Positions 63,640 to 64,000 of a stretch of 64,000 bases of DNA are shown here, one piece after another. The stretch covers positions 15,130,001 through 15,194,000 of the forward strand of contig NW_024704742.1 of the NCBI RefSeq assembly GCF_018977255.1. Direction: 5' to 3'. Within the stretch, counting starts at the first letter, position 1. The number at the start of each line of letters is the position of its first letter. The notes beneath the pieces are model-generated. The model did no database searches. It was not told the origin of the DNA and worked only from the letters and a program-made list of their open reading frames with translations. The position numbers were made by a program, and so were the translations under genes. The DNA is from Callorhinchus milii (Eukaryota).

Positions 63640-63875
63640 TGTAAGGGAGAGGTTAGGAGAATTTGTTTACATGGAGGGTTGTTGGGACATAGAATTCCCT
63701 CCCAAAACACATGTTTGGAGCAGAATTGATTGTAGCTTTTAAAACAGAATTGGATAAATGTTTGAAAAAGAGAAAACTAAGGTATATAGGGAAAGGGCAG
63801 GGAAGTGGAACTAAATAGGAACTTTTTTCCAGGGAATCTGCATGGACTGATGGTTTGAATGGCCTCCTCTGTACT
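63640..63875 (+). mobile_element. CR1-clade LINE 3' end, diverged
   Basis: agggttgttgggacatagaattccctccc..tttaaaacagaattggataaatg..tgaatggcctcctctgt. Confidence 0.72.
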
Positions 63876-64000
63876 TTTAATTTTACGCTTTTATATATGT
63901 TTCTAAATTCTGGTTCAATTCCCCAAAACACAACTTTAATAATTGCCTTTGAGAATCACAGTCAGTTATATTCAGTTATGCATGAAACACTCATCTTTAA

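Overview
Repeat-rich, AT-rich, apparently non-coding vertebrate DNA (large intron or gene desert). The repeat complement suggests a cartilaginous fish, probably a holocephalan; this is an inference from recalled repeat families, not a database match. I can support no host protein-coding gene, rRNA, true tRNA or CRISPR array. All recognisable ORFs are pieces of non-LTR retrotransposon ORF2. The window holds 5'-truncated L2-clade LINEs with (TTG)n tails, CR1-clade LINEs, a young tRNA-Ala-headed SINE sharing its 3' stem-loop with the L2, an older Deu-domain/SacSINE1-like SINE, a third tRNA-SINE-like family and an unclassified ~600 bp repeat. Many insertions are nested with visible target-site duplications (TSDs). 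The most unusual signals are structural: fold-back and templated filler DNA at retroelement junctions (27.9-29.1 kb, 3.1 kb, 36.8 kb), a local 160-bp inverted duplication (55.2-56.0 kb), three ~40-bp-arm hairpins (7.7, 32.7, 40.3 kb) and several repeat-free blocks that look like conserved enhancers. I did not find a demonstrable new multi-gene system. Coordinates of old repeat boundaries are by eye (about +/-20 bp).
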